In this document: piece after piece, positions 49,583 through 58,917 of the stretch
Numbering within the stretch: the first letter of the stretch is position 1
How the letters are laid out: each line of letters begins with the position of its first letter
Source: a virus
Virus record (IMG/VR): IMGVR_UViG_3300047564_005910
Location: 48,317-112,316 of that record
Length of the DNA stretch: 64,000 bases
Strand: one strand, 5' to 3'
Position numbers and translations under genes: made by a program
Notes under the pieces: model-generated
Databases searched by the model: none
Seen by the model: only the letters and a program-made list of their open reading frames with translations
What the model was told of the DNA's origin: nothing

Positions 49583-50363
49583 ATTGTTTTTTAATTTGTT
49601 TCATTAATGTTATAGTTTCTTCTTTAGAAGCTGTTTTTTCATAAGGGTTTCTAACATCGAAACCGTGCTTATCTACAAAATAATTACACGCCTTATGAAA
49701 ATTTTCTAGCCATTTTTCATCACGGCGAATTTCTGAACCAGTATGACCTCTGTCTATTTCTTCAATATATGCATTACTATTAGTAATATCGGCAAACCAT
49801 CGAAACGGTGGGTGCATTTTTTTATTAATAATACTTTGAGTGTGATCGACATGCTCCATAGCGTTGTAAAAAAATTCGTCCATATTACCAACGGCTTCTA
49901 AACATTTTTTTGTATACATAGAAAAAGCACCGTATAAATTTGGGTACAAACAAACAGAAACTTCAGGGGAGTAGTCAACTTTTAATCTCACGGCAGGGGA
50001 TCCGTCCGGTTTATAGTTGTCCAGACCATGGAACGCAAAATTAAAATGTTGTATACCAGATTTGTTCGAAGCTTCAATATATTTTTCGAAAACTGTTAAG
50101 TCTTTAATGACTATATCATCTTCTATTAAAAAAATATACTCACACTCTTTAAGTTGATTTAGTGCCCGGTTCTTTGCCTTGCCGACTCCTTGTTTAGGAG
50201 GAACGTTGTTGTAAACTGTTAACTTATTACCACCATCAATTTGTTTTAAGCCGTCATTAATAATAACTAACTTAGCACCTTTTAAATCTTTTAAAGAATT
50301 AATTAATTTCTTTAAGTAGTCCGGTCTGTCGCAAGTTATAATACCTATACCTATTTTATTCAT
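49569..50363 (-). CDS. GT2-like glycosyltransferase
   Basis: IGIITCDRPDYL, IINDG, GVGKAKN, FLIEDD, VGNMDE and EHVD. Confidence 0.85.
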   Translation of the reverse strand: MNKIGIGIITCDRPDYLKKLINSLKDLKGAKLVIINDGLKQIDGGNKLTVYNNVPPKQGVGKAKNRALNQLKECEYIFLIEDDIVIKDLTVFEKYIEASNKSGIQHFNFAFHGLDNYKPDGSPAVRLKVDYSPEVSVCLYPNLYGAFSMYTKKCLEAVGNMDEFFYNAMEHVDHTQSIINKKMHPPFRWFADITNSNAYIEEIDRGHTGSEIRRDEKWLENFHKACNYFVDKHGFDVRNPYEKTASKEETITLMKQIKKQYEQK

Positions 50364-51402
50364 TTGTTGCTAATGATAGTTTATAAATTTCAATGCTCTT
50401 ATCGAGTATCTCTTGCTTGGATATATCAGTATCTAGTAATTCGATAAATTCATGCAATGCAGTATCAATATCTATAGATATACCGTCTACTTCCTCTGTC
50501 AGTTGTATTTCGTCAAAAATATTAAATTCTGTCCTTACGTTACACGGGCTATATTGAGACAAGGAGTTTAATAAAGCGTCTAAACGATAAGGATCTATTT
50601 TTTTATCGACATTTAAGTTAATAAAATTATTTGTAAATATTTCAGCCATATATTCTGGTGAAATATTTTGTATAAGATCGGTTAATTTTATCTTTTTATG
50701 TTTAGGTGTTACGTCATTTTTAATAAATTGCGTCTCTAGTGTATCAATAGAAAGTAGTGTTACACCTTTTTCTTGCTCTCTATCCCCGAAATCTAACTCG
50801 TAGGGTGAACCCAAATACAAAATTGATTTATCGTTGTGATATTTACGATGCTCCCGATAATGAAAATGACCTGAAATTATTATTTGAGCTCTATCGAGTA
50901 AAGACTGAGTATCAACACCATGATCACAAATTTTGTGCTGGTTCATTTTAAAGTTTTGTATTTCAAAATGACCAAAAATTATATCACTATTCGGTACGCT
51001 TTCTACCTGTACACCCCACGGGCAAAACGTAATCTTTCTACCAAAAACTTCTACTGTTTTAAGTTCTTCAAAAACAGTTATATTACTATTTTGTAAAATA
51101 GAAATAGAATTAATATCAGATTTATCTCTCAGGTAACAATCATGGTTACCAGTTATTGCAATAATATTATACTTCTCCAGTATTTTAAAAAAGTCATACG
51201 CTGCATGGAGTGTATTAACGCCTATTTCATGACGATTGTGAAATATATCTCCTGATATTACAAGATCTTGTATGTTATGTTTTGTTAGCTGTTCGTCTAG
51301 CCATCGCGCGAAAGATAGTGCAATATTATGCCATCTCTGCGAGTCTTGGTGAACCCCTAAATGTATATCAGAAATACAAGCTATTTGCTTTTGTTTGAAC
51401 AT
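50356..51402 (-). CDS. gp47: Recombination nuclease subunit (gp47/SbcD/Mre11)
   Basis: SDIHLG, GDIFH, GNHD, GHFE, SGHFH and YLGSP. Confidence 0.95.
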   Translation of the reverse strand: MFKQKQIACISDIHLGVHQDSQRWHNIALSFARWLDEQLTKHNIQDLVISGDIFHNRHEIGVNTLHAAYDFFKILEKYNIIAITGNHDCYLRDKSDINSISILQNSNITVFEELKTVEVFGRKITFCPWGVQVESVPNSDIIFGHFEIQNFKMNQHKICDHGVDTQSLLDRAQIIISGHFHYREHRKYHNDKSILYLGSPYELDFGDREQEKGVTLLSIDTLETQFIKNDVTPKHKKIKLTDLIQNISPEYMAEIFTNNFINLNVDKKIDPYRLDALLNSLSQYSPCNVRTEFNIFDEIQLTEEVDGISIDIDTALHEFIELLDTDISKQEILDKSIEIYKLSLATNE

Positions 51403-51404
51403 TA

Positions 51405-51971
51405 CTAGTCTTCTTGAAAATTACTATACGAAGATTCGTTAGTAAACTCACTGTGAGTATTTTTCTTAGCAGGGAGTTGCCCAGTCTCTGTTAAAAGAGA
51501 GTAAACCTCGTCTTGATATCTATGAATTGTGTCGTGTTCTTTCTTTTCTTTTTTAATGCGATTTTGAAATGCTCTATAAGCAACTTTTGTAAAGTAGGAA
51601 AACGGGTTATAACCTACACTACATTTAAAACGATGACGAGTAAGAGCTGTCATCATTTTTATAATAGCATCTCCGATCATTTCTTCTTTGTATGAGTAGT
51701 TAATAAAGTTTTGTGCAAAACCTAAACGAGTAGCGATTTTTTGTACCATCGATGCTAAATCGTTACTAAGTACACCAGACGCATAATATTCAATAATAAG
51801 CTTTTCCATCTCTAAAGGATCAACATAATTTGGTTTTAATTCCTCTTTGGTGCGGCGGACACGTTTTTTAGGTTTATTGTATTTTATGTTATCTAATACA
51901 AGAGAGTCTAGACCTTCATCTTCTTCGTCTAGAGCTGACTTTGACTTTTTATGTAGCTTTATTTTGGCCAT
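51405..51971 (-). CDS. gp55: Late transcription sigma factor
   Basis: NYVD, NFINYSYKEEMIGDA and NPFSYFTKVAYRAF.RI.KEKK. Confidence 0.92.
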   Translation of the reverse strand: MAKIKLHKKSKSALDEEDEGLDSLVLDNIKYNKPKKRVRRTKEELKPNYVDPLEMEKLIIEYYASGVLSNDLASMVQKIATRLGFAQNFINYSYKEEMIGDAIIKMMTALTRHRFKCSVGYNPFSYFTKVAYRAFQNRIKKEKKEHDTIHRYQDEVYSLLTETGQLPAKKNTHSEFTNESSYSNFQED

Positions 51972-52002
51972 AATAACTATAATATAATAAAATTGTAAAA
52001 AT

Positions 52003-53448
52003 TCAAGGCTCTTGTATCTCTTTTATGGTATAAGGTATTTTTTCGTTCTCGTATAATGCCAAACGCTCCATTAAGTGAGAGTTACCATATCTTAAATTGT
52101 CGCCAATATCTAAAATTGTTGCGGTTTTTTTAGTAGAGTGTAAACGGAGACTTCTACCGATAGATTGTATAATTTTAATTTTGGCTTTACCAATAGCAGC
52201 AAAAATAATGTAATGTAAATTTTTAATATTAATGCCTGTGCTAAATATTTTTGATATAGCAACACAAACAATATCATTTTGAGTCTCCATTAAGTTACGG
52301 ATTTTTTCTCGTTCCTCTATATCGACGGAACCCTGTACAAAATAAATTTGTTTATTAGTTTTTTGTTTTAAAAAATCGTACAGCAGTTCACCGTGGCTAA
52401 TTCTATCTACTAGAACAAGAATATTTTTGTCAGCACTTACAACAATCTTACCGATTGTTTCGTTACGGAAACTATTAGTCTGTAAAAAAAGTATTTCTTC
52501 TTCATAACCAGCTGTAGGGGTCTGCATAGTAGGCCTGGTAAAAATAGGTACATTTTTATAATGTAATTTTATTACCCCGACATTTACATCCGATATAAAC
52601 TTTTTTTCTCTTAACTCTACTGAACGCTTATGGTAAATTACCTTTCCTAGCTTACCGAATATATTCCACTGATCAATTTTATTATCAGGTAACGTACCCG
52701 TTAAACCATAGCGAAATACAGCGGGTATTTGATCTATAATCTTATTAATTTTATTACCGTGTCGTAGTTTATGTACTTCATCAATGATGAGCAATTTAAT
52801 ACTCTTTAATAGCGATAGATCCTGTTTTTCAGAGAGTAAAATTTGAGCATTAGATATTATTATTTTAGCATCTTTATTAGGTGTGGTAGAACCAGTCCAT
52901 TTAGTAATTTCACTTTCTTTTAAACCGTATTCAAGAAAATCAGAGTAGGTTTGAGCCACTAATTGTATGTCTGGTACTAATATTAAAGTCTTTACATTGT
53001 GTTGTTGCTGTATAGACTTTACAAGTAAAGCTATTACTAATGTTTTACCTGCAGAAGTAGGCAAAACAATAATACCTGATTTATTTTTTAGAGCCTCTTT
53101 TACAGATTCTTCCTGGTAGTCTCTTGGAGAAAATTTTAAATTAACAAGCTCTTCTTTTAGTGCAGGTACTGTAATAGCATCTCGAAATGAATCTGTTATC
53201 TCGATGTTTAGTTCTATGTCTTGTCCTTGTAAAAATTCAATAATAGAATGTACAAGTCGAGGTTCAAATCTACCCTGGGGGGTAATACAGTACTGACGAG
53301 TTTGGGGCCTGTAACCTACTGCAAACCGTCTTTTAAAGACTTGGCTGCGGTCTTCTATAGAAAAAAATTCTCGTATGTTAGAAAGATAGTCTGAAACTAT
53401 AATTCCTTTTTTTCGAGATGAATCATAATCAAAAATTACATTTACCAT
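52003..53448 (-). CDS. uvsW: SF2 helicase
   Basis: PRDYQ, PTSAGKT, IIDEVH, GLTGT, FSTGINI and QSIGRSLR. Confidence 0.93.
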   Translation of the reverse strand: MVNVIFDYDSSRKKGIIVSDYLSNIREFFSIEDRSQVFKRRFAVGYRPQTRQYCITPQGRFEPRLVHSIIEFLQGQDIELNIEITDSFRDAITVPALKEELVNLKFSPRDYQEESVKEALKNKSGIIVLPTSAGKTLVIALLVKSIQQQHNVKTLILVPDIQLVAQTYSDFLEYGLKESEITKWTGSTTPNKDAKIIISNAQILLSEKQDLSLLKSIKLLIIDEVHKLRHGNKINKIIDQIPAVFRYGLTGTLPDNKIDQWNIFGKLGKVIYHKRSVELREKKFISDVNVGVIKLHYKNVPIFTRPTMQTPTAGYEEEILFLQTNSFRNETIGKIVVSADKNILVLVDRISHGELLYDFLKQKTNKQIYFVQGSVDIEEREKIRNLMETQNDIVCVAISKIFSTGINIKNLHYIIFAAIGKAKIKIIQSIGRSLRLHSTKKTATILDIGDNLRYGNSHLMERLALYENEKIPYTIKEIQEP

Positions 53449-53867
53449 TACGTTGTTTCGAGCTTTACTATCTCAATTAAATTTTTAATATCATATGATA
53501 AACTTCGAAAATTATTTTCTACTTTAGAAAGATACTCTACTAGTAAATCCTGCTCCGCTATTTGCTCGTCTATCTTATGTATAACAGGGTGCTCACTTAT
53601 TGTTGCTTCTATTGTTTTTGCCGTTAAGGTTACAGGAGATTCAGCCTCTAACTTTTCTGTAATTTTCTTAATAGCGTCTTTACGGATCTTTTTAAGTTTT
53701 AAGATTTCTTGCTTATGATGCATAAGTCTACCGACCCAGTAATGTCTAGTACCCGGTAGAGACATCTGCACGTCTTTCATATTAAATTCATCAATAACAA
53801 CTTTTTCCTTTATTTCATCACTATATTTTAGAAATAATGCTGCTATACCTTGATCGGAATTTTCCAT
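53448..53867 (-). CDS. uvsY: Recombination mediator (UvsY-like)
   Basis: 139-aa helical protein ending RSLSYDIKNLIE; adjacent to uvsW. Confidence 0.75.
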   Translation of the reverse strand: MENSDQGIAALFLKYSDEIKEKVVIDEFNMKDVQMSLPGTRHYWVGRLMHHKQEILKLKKIRKDAIKKITEKLEAESPVTLTAKTIEATISEHPVIHKIDEQIAEQDLLVEYLSKVENNFRSLSYDIKNLIEIVKLETT

Positions 53868-53915
53868 ATTAAAATTCTAGATGCTTTTTTAATAAATACA
53901 ACATAAATATATTAT

Positions 53916-54071
53916 ATGCGTGATTTTAAAGACTATTTTTTAGAAAAACTTGATCCGGTAGGCCGGGAAGATGCTGATGTAAATAACGACAATAAAGAAG
54001 ACGAAACTGACAAATATCTTTTAAAACGTCGGGCGGCAGTTGCAAAAAGTAAGGCAGAAAAAAAAAAGTAG
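53916..54071 (+). CDS. Small late protein, first segment of a frameshifted gene (51 aa)
   Basis: [51 protein letters not shown]; TAAATA 6 nt upstream; EF-hand-like D.D.N.D run; ends in GAA AAA AAA AAG TAG. Confidence 0.75.
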   Translation: MRDFKDYFLEKLDPVGREDADVNNDNKEDETDKYLLKRRAAVAKSKAEKKK

Positions 54072-54346
54072 CAACTGAAGCTAAGGAAAAACGTCGGCTA
54101 GATCCTAAATGCTGGAAGGGCTATCGCAAATCCGGTACGAAGTTAAAAGATGGTGTAAGAGTCAATAAATGTGTCAAAGTTAATGAAGTGACAAGTGTTG
54201 GTGCTTTAGGGCCTGCCGCAGGTGGTACGACTCAGTTTTCAAGCGATACATATGCCTCTGGGGACGCAAGGACACCTTATGTAATCGGCAAGACAATAAA
54301 AAGAGCCCCTTTTTTAAAGAAAAAGAAAAGAAAGTCTAGTAAATAA
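54068..54346 (+). CDS. -1 frame continuation (CWKGY-motif segment, 92 aa) of the 53916 gene
   Basis: [37 protein letters not shown]...[11 protein letters not shown]...KKKKRKSSK*; no start codon ahead of the motif; the frame is closed upstream by TAA at 54050-54052. Confidence 0.7.
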   Translation, partial: VATEAKEKRRLDPKCWKGYRKSGTKLKDGVRVNKCVKVNEVTSVGALGPAAGGTTQFSSDTYASGDARTPYVIGKTIKRAPFLKKKKRKSSK

Positions 54347-54349
54347 AGT

Positions 54350-54766
54350 ATGCTTGAAACCGGTCATTGGCTTTTAAAAGAGGGGGTCGTCTTGCAACCG
54401 GAAACTTTTGGGTTTATATATCTAATTACAAATCTTGTAAACAACAAAAAATATATTGGAAAAAAGCAGTGTTTTATGAAGATAACGCGAAACCCTTTAA
54501 AGGGGTTTAAGCGTAAACGTATCAGTAGAGCTGAATCGGGCTGGAAAGATTATACTAGTTCATCGAATGAACTGAACGAAGATATTGAAAAGTATGGTAA
54601 AGATAATTTCAAATTTGAAATTTTAAAAACATGCGGCTCAAAATGGGAGCTAGCATATGAAGAAATTAAAGAGCAAATCAAACAAGAGGTACTGCTTCGG
54701 TCTGATTATTATAACGGCATAATCAATGTACGTATTGGCAGACCTCCTAAAAGTTTAAATAAGTAA
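54350..54766 (+). CDS. Short GIY-YIG endonuclease (T4 EndoII/denA-like)
   Basis: FGFIYLITN...KKYIGKK, WKDYTSSS, F.FEIL and YYN; no homing-type DNA-binding extension. Confidence 0.85.
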   Translation: MLETGHWLLKEGVVLQPETFGFIYLITNLVNNKKYIGKKQCFMKITRNPLKGFKRKRISRAESGWKDYTSSSNELNEDIEKYGKDNFKFEILKTCGSKWELAYEEIKEQIKQEVLLRSDYYNGIINVRIGRPPKSLNK

Positions 54767-54771
54767 TTACA

Positions 54772-55401
54772 ATGAGCATGCAATTAATAGATGAAAAAGT
54801 ACCTGTGGGTACGACAAGAGTAAGTAGATGTTTATATTGTAATTCAACATCCTACGGTAAGGGCTGTCGTTACGCCCCAAAGGGTGTACACTTTCATCCA
54901 AGTGACGCTAAAAAGTGCTCGTATTGTGGCTCAACAAATTACGGAAGAGGTTGTAAATTAAATCCTTTTGGAGATATACACCTTCACGGCATAGATTATA
55001 ATATGATGTTTAAAGAAAACGTAGATAAAACCTTAAAAAAACAGTTTCTCTTAAAAGAGCTTACAAAAAAAATATCTGAATTTAATGCTTATAAACTCGG
55101 TATCATAGATATTAATGGCAATAAAATTAAAGAACCGAAAACATTGTTTGAACAGGCGGCGTATTCCCCGGGTGTAAAATTAATCTTAAAAGTAAAAAAG
55201 TTTTTAGGTGCTAAAACCGAGCTTATTAATACAACATCTTTATTGGAAAATAAAAATAAAATTGATTATTCGGCAAATAAATTAAAAACAGTTTTAGAAT
55301 ACGAAGAAAAAATACAGGATATATTTGCACAGTTACATGAAGTAGCTGATAACGCTTTAAGAGATGGCTTGACTATCGAAGAAGTTGAAGCCATGTTATA
55401 G
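54772..55401 (+). CDS. Protein with two Cys/His zinc-binding-like repeats
   Basis: CLYCNSTSYGKGCRYAPKGVHFH and CSYCGSTNYGRGCKLNPFGDIHLH, followed by AYKLGIID.NG. Confidence 0.7.
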   Translation: MSMQLIDEKVPVGTTRVSRCLYCNSTSYGKGCRYAPKGVHFHPSDAKKCSYCGSTNYGRGCKLNPFGDIHLHGIDYNMMFKENVDKTLKKQFLLKELTKKISEFNAYKLGIIDINGNKIKEPKTLFEQAAYSPGVKLILKVKKFLGAKTELINTTSLLENKNKIDYSANKLKTVLEYEEKIQDIFAQLHEVADNALRDGLTIEEVEAML

Positions 55402-55403
55402 GC

Positions 55404-55889
55404 ATGCATTTTAAAGAGTTTCCGGAAAGCCGTATTTGCGTAATAGATTTTAAACCTGTATTATTAAAAGCAATAAAAAACGCTCAAGGTTTTTGTAAAA
55501 AGTCTAATTTAATTTTTGATCTAAAAAATAAAGACATTAAAAAGCTTCTTAGTCATTTTATTATTAATGATTTTTGTAGTGTTTACTCTCGTACTAAGAC
55601 GTCGTATATAAAAATATTTGGAGTATATAAAACTGATATTAACGAAGAATATCAAAAAATATTTGACAAAATATTGTCAGTGTTACCTATACCGTACTGT
55701 GTAATTGAAAACATGGATCACCCAGATACAAAATACGCAGCTATTAACAAAATTAATCAGGATAAAAATAATTACCGGCAGCTTAAGCGTTTTGCAAATA
55801 ATAACGGATTAACTAAACTACAAGAAAATTTAACTAAACAAAATATTTTTTTCGGTGGAACAGTTGATTTTTCACGTTCACTCGAATAA
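55404..55889 (+). CDS. Hypothetical protein
   Basis: 161-aa ORF, tightly packed with neighbours. Confidence 0.6.
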   Translation: MHFKEFPESRICVIDFKPVLLKAIKNAQGFCKKSNLIFDLKNKDIKKLLSHFIINDFCSVYSRTKTSYIKIFGVYKTDINEEYQKIFDKILSVLPIPYCVIENMDHPDTKYAAINKINQDKNNYRQLKRFANNNGLTKLQENLTKQNIFFGGTVDFSRSLE

Positions 55890-55962
55890 AAGTATTAAAG
55901 ACTTTTGAGCCCCCCAATACCATCAGATAACTTTTTACGCTAATAGAGATTAAATACATTAT

Positions 55963-56211
55963 ATGAAATTTGACGAGCTTTATAAATCTTTAACAGAAGC
56001 CTATCCTATGGCTCCTAATCCAAATCTTCCTAAACAACAACAAGGGCAACCTAATCAGCAACAACCTAATCAGCAGCCTAATCAACAACAGACTCAACAG
56101 CCTAATCAACAACAGGGTGGGGTTGATCAGACAGTATTGGATGAGTTAGCTAAAGCCCAGAATCCGCAAGCTGTATTGCAAATTTTACAACAAAAGCTTG
56201 GGGTTAAGTAG
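55963..56211 (+). CDS. Small Gln-rich late protein (QQPN repeats)
   Basis: MKFDELYKSLTE N-terminus; TAAATA at 55951-55956; tandem (Q)QPNQ units. Confidence 0.7.
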   Translation: MKFDELYKSLTEAYPMAPNPNLPKQQQGQPNQQQPNQQPNQQQTQQPNQQQGGVDQTVLDELAKAQNPQAVLQILQQKLGVK

Positions 56212-56237
56212 TTTTTAGTATACATAAATATAAATGT

Positions 56238-57488
56238 ATGCTACTCGAGAAAGCGTTTAATTCTTTCTATAAAGAAAATGTTAACACCTACCTGCTTGAA
56301 AAAGCCGGGATTGTTAAACATTTAACACATCTGGAAGAATTAATACTTACCCAACGAGCAATGGGGGTTGAAGTAGCTGTCAACTTTATAAAGGTTTTAC
56401 TCGATACACTTGAAGGTGGTACTGATCAAAGAGTAATTACCACTATTAAGTACGACGGTGCACCAGCAATAATTGCTGGTATTAATCCAGATAATAATCG
56501 CTTTTTTGTATCTACAAAAAGTATTGCCAATGTAAAGCCAAAAATAAACTATACTGCCCAAGATATTGTTAACAATCACGGAAACGCACCTGGGTTAGCA
56601 GAGAAACTTAAAATGGCCTTACAGTATCTCCCTGAAGTTATAAAACAAGGCATCTACCAATGTGATTTTATGTTTGACCCGGGAACACTTTATACTGTCG
56701 AACATGAAGGTGAGAAACTTTTAGCATTTAAACCGAACACAATTGTTTATACCTTTCCGTATGATAGTGAAGCGGCTCAAGAGATACTCAAAGCAAAAAT
56801 AGGGGTTATTTTTCATACAAAGTATGAAGGTGCACCAAGTCAAGGTCTTACATCAGGTGGTGTTGTTAATGTTAATGAATTTAATAAATCTTCAAACGTT
56901 TGGTTTGACGATGCTCAATTTAAAAACGTCTCCGGTGCTGTTACACTTACAAAAAAAGAAAAGACCGGTATTAATGAAACTCTTAAAAATATAATTTCAA
57001 TTAGCCGCACTGTAAATTGGGATAAGTTACCACCGGATTTTTATAGTAACGCAAATACTTTTATTAATACCCTTATAAGACAAGGTAAGTTTGTTGATGA
57101 CCCGGTGGAAGGGTATGACAGTATTGTTAAATGGATTGGTGAGAGGTATGATAAAGATACGTCAGTACTTAAAACCGACAAGGGCCGGGAACGTAAATTA
57201 CAGCAAAAAGAAGAAGAAATGAAAACCCTTAAGGTACATAAAAAAGATATTTTAAGTATTTTTAGTATAACAAAAAAATTAGCTGAAATAAAAATTCTCT
57301 TTATTCAAAAATATAACGCAGCCATACATACAAGACATTTTATAGCGGAACCTAATGGTGATCTAAAGGTTACCGCTCCGGAGGGCTATGTTGCAATTGA
57401 CCAAGAGGGGAACATGATTAAACTTGTTGACAGGTTAGAATTTTCCCGTGCTAATTTTGCTGTAACAAAAGGAGAAAAGTTTAAGTGA
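56238..57488 (+). CDS. Ligase-like nucleotidyltransferase of unknown function (T4-like phage family, DUF6267-like)
   Basis: HLTHLEE, TIKYDGAPA (KxDG), EGYV and IKLVDRLEFSRANF; TAAATA at 56225-56230. Confidence 0.65.
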   Translation: MLLEKAFNSFYKENVNTYLLEKAGIVKHLTHLEELILTQRAMGVEVAVNFIKVLLDTLEGGTDQRVITTIKYDGAPAIIAGINPDNNRFFVSTKSIANVKPKINYTAQDIVNNHGNAPGLAEKLKMALQYLPEVIKQGIYQCDFMFDPGTLYTVEHEGEKLLAFKPNTIVYTFPYDSEAAQEILKAKIGVIFHTKYEGAPSQGLTSGGVVNVNEFNKSSNVWFDDAQFKNVSGAVTLTKKEKTGINETLKNIISISRTVNWDKLPPDFYSNANTFINTLIRQGKFVDDPVEGYDSIVKWIGERYDKDTSVLKTDKGRERKLQQKEEEMKTLKVHKKDILSIFSITKKLAEIKILFIQKYNAAIHTRHFIAEPNGDLKVTAPEGYVAIDQEGNMIKLVDRLEFSRANFAVTKGEKFK

Positions 57489-58111
57489 AATCCTTTTATT
57501 CTTTCTTTTTTGAAAACGAACAAACTGGTAAAACAATAGTTATTTTTCCAGGCGGTTTTCATCCTTTTCATAAAGGGCATAAGAGTATATACGACAATAT
57601 TGTAAAAACATTTCCAAATGCGGACAAGTATATTGCTATTGCTGATTTTACAAAAGATCGTCCATTTACCGCGGACGAAAAAAAGCTTATAATATCTTCA
57701 ACGGGTATTGATCCTAACGCAGTACGAGTTGTAAAAAGCCCGTTTAAAGCAGAAGAAATTTTATCTCGATATAACCCTGAGAAGGATACAGCAATATTTG
57801 CTATGAGCGAAAAAGAAAAGCAAGACCCTAAAAAAGCTTCTTTCTTTAACCCGTTTAAGAAAGACGGATCACCTGCTTATTTTCAGCAGTATCAAACAAG
57901 TACACCATTACAGCCATTCGGTAAGCATGGTTATATATATGTATTCCCAACAATTGATTTTAAGCTTCTCGGTAAATCGTTTCGTAGTGCTAGTGAATTA
58001 AGGCAGTATTATCAAAGCCTTAATGACGAACAAAAAATGTCTCTACTAAAAGACATGTATATAAGCAATCAAGAACAAATTAAGAAAATATTTGACGAAA
58101 GATTGATATAA
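57485..58111 (+). CDS. HxGH cytidylyltransferase-like nucleotidyltransferase
   Basis: IFPGGFHPFHKGH, PF...EK and SASELR; GTG start overlapping the upstream stop. Confidence 0.8.
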   Translation: MKSFYSFFFENEQTGKTIVIFPGGFHPFHKGHKSIYDNIVKTFPNADKYIAIADFTKDRPFTADEKKLIISSTGIDPNAVRVVKSPFKAEEILSRYNPEKDTAIFAMSEKEKQDPKKASFFNPFKKDGSPAYFQQYQTSTPLQPFGKHGYIYVFPTIDFKLLGKSFRSASELRQYYQSLNDEQKMSLLKDMYISNQEQIKKIFDERLI

Positions 58112-58115
58112 TAGT

Positions 58116-58143
58116 TGAAATTAGGTATTCCGGAATATATCAT
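58116..58143 (+). promoter_or_regulatory. Sigma70-like promoter for the queD/queE operon
   Basis: TTGAAA-N17-TATCAT upstream of the ATG at 58154 (coordinates approximate to 1 nt). Confidence 0.5.
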
Positions 58144-58153
58144 ATTGGTATAT

Positions 58154-58471
58154 ATGAGTACAACCATTTTATATCCGGCTGACGAAAGTAGTACCAGTCA
58201 GCATTCAATCCCGTTTTCAAAAGATGAAATTAACTTAATTATTGAGTGTTTATTATTTTCATCATCAGTAAACATCGGGGCAGATTGGCAAGAAGATGAT
58301 TTTTTAAAAATGTTAACGCTTGCTAAAAAAATTAAAAAGATTATTAGCAAAATTGATCTTAAAAACCTTATGCTCTATAAAGAAGAAAATTACGAAGATA
58401 ATTGGACTGAAGAGCTATGTAAAGAATTTGGTAAAGATATTCAACAGGAAGTAGAGCTAAATAAAGCCTAA
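58154..58471 (+). CDS. Hypothetical protein
   Basis: Likely start MSTTILY at 58154; its stop overlaps the queD start. Confidence 0.6.
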   Translation: MSTTILYPADESSTSQHSIPFSKDEINLIIECLLFSSSVNIGADWQEDDFLKMLTLAKKIKKIISKIDLKNLMLYKEENYEDNWTEELCKEFGKDIQQEVELNKA

Positions 58472-58917
58472 TGATAACATTCGAATCAACAAAAATAATT
58501 GAGCTAGGCTCATGTGCATTTCGTCAATGGCGAGCAGAAGGTACTCACTGCAAGTATGTACATGGTTATCAATTAAAAGCTAAATTCTGGTTCGGGTGCA
58601 CCGGTTTAGATGATAAAAACTGGGTCATTAATTTTGGTGGCTTAAAAGAAGTTAAAAGGTTATTACAAGATCAGTTTGATCATACGCTCTGTATAGCGGC
58701 AGATGACCCTCTACTTAATATCTTTAAAGATCTTTACGAAAGAGGTGGGTGCCAGCTTCGTATCATGGATGGTGTCGGTATTGAGAAAACTGCTGAGTGG
58801 TGCTATAAAAACGTTGACCCCATGATAAGGTCAATGTCAGTAGGACGTTGCTGGGTTAATAAAGTTGAAGTTTGGGAACACGATTTAAATAGTGCAATTT
58901 ATGAAAGATCAGCTTGA
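58471..58917 (+). CDS. queD: 6-carboxytetrahydropterin synthase (QueD/PTPS family)
   Basis: SCAFRQW..HCKYVHGY, WVINFGGLK, FDHT, GIEKTAE and VEVWEH; near queE. Confidence 0.85.
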   Translation: MITFESTKIIELGSCAFRQWRAEGTHCKYVHGYQLKAKFWFGCTGLDDKNWVINFGGLKEVKRLLQDQFDHTLCIAADDPLLNIFKDLYERGGCQLRIMDGVGIEKTAEWCYKNVDPMIRSMSVGRCWVNKVEVWEHDLNSAIYERSA

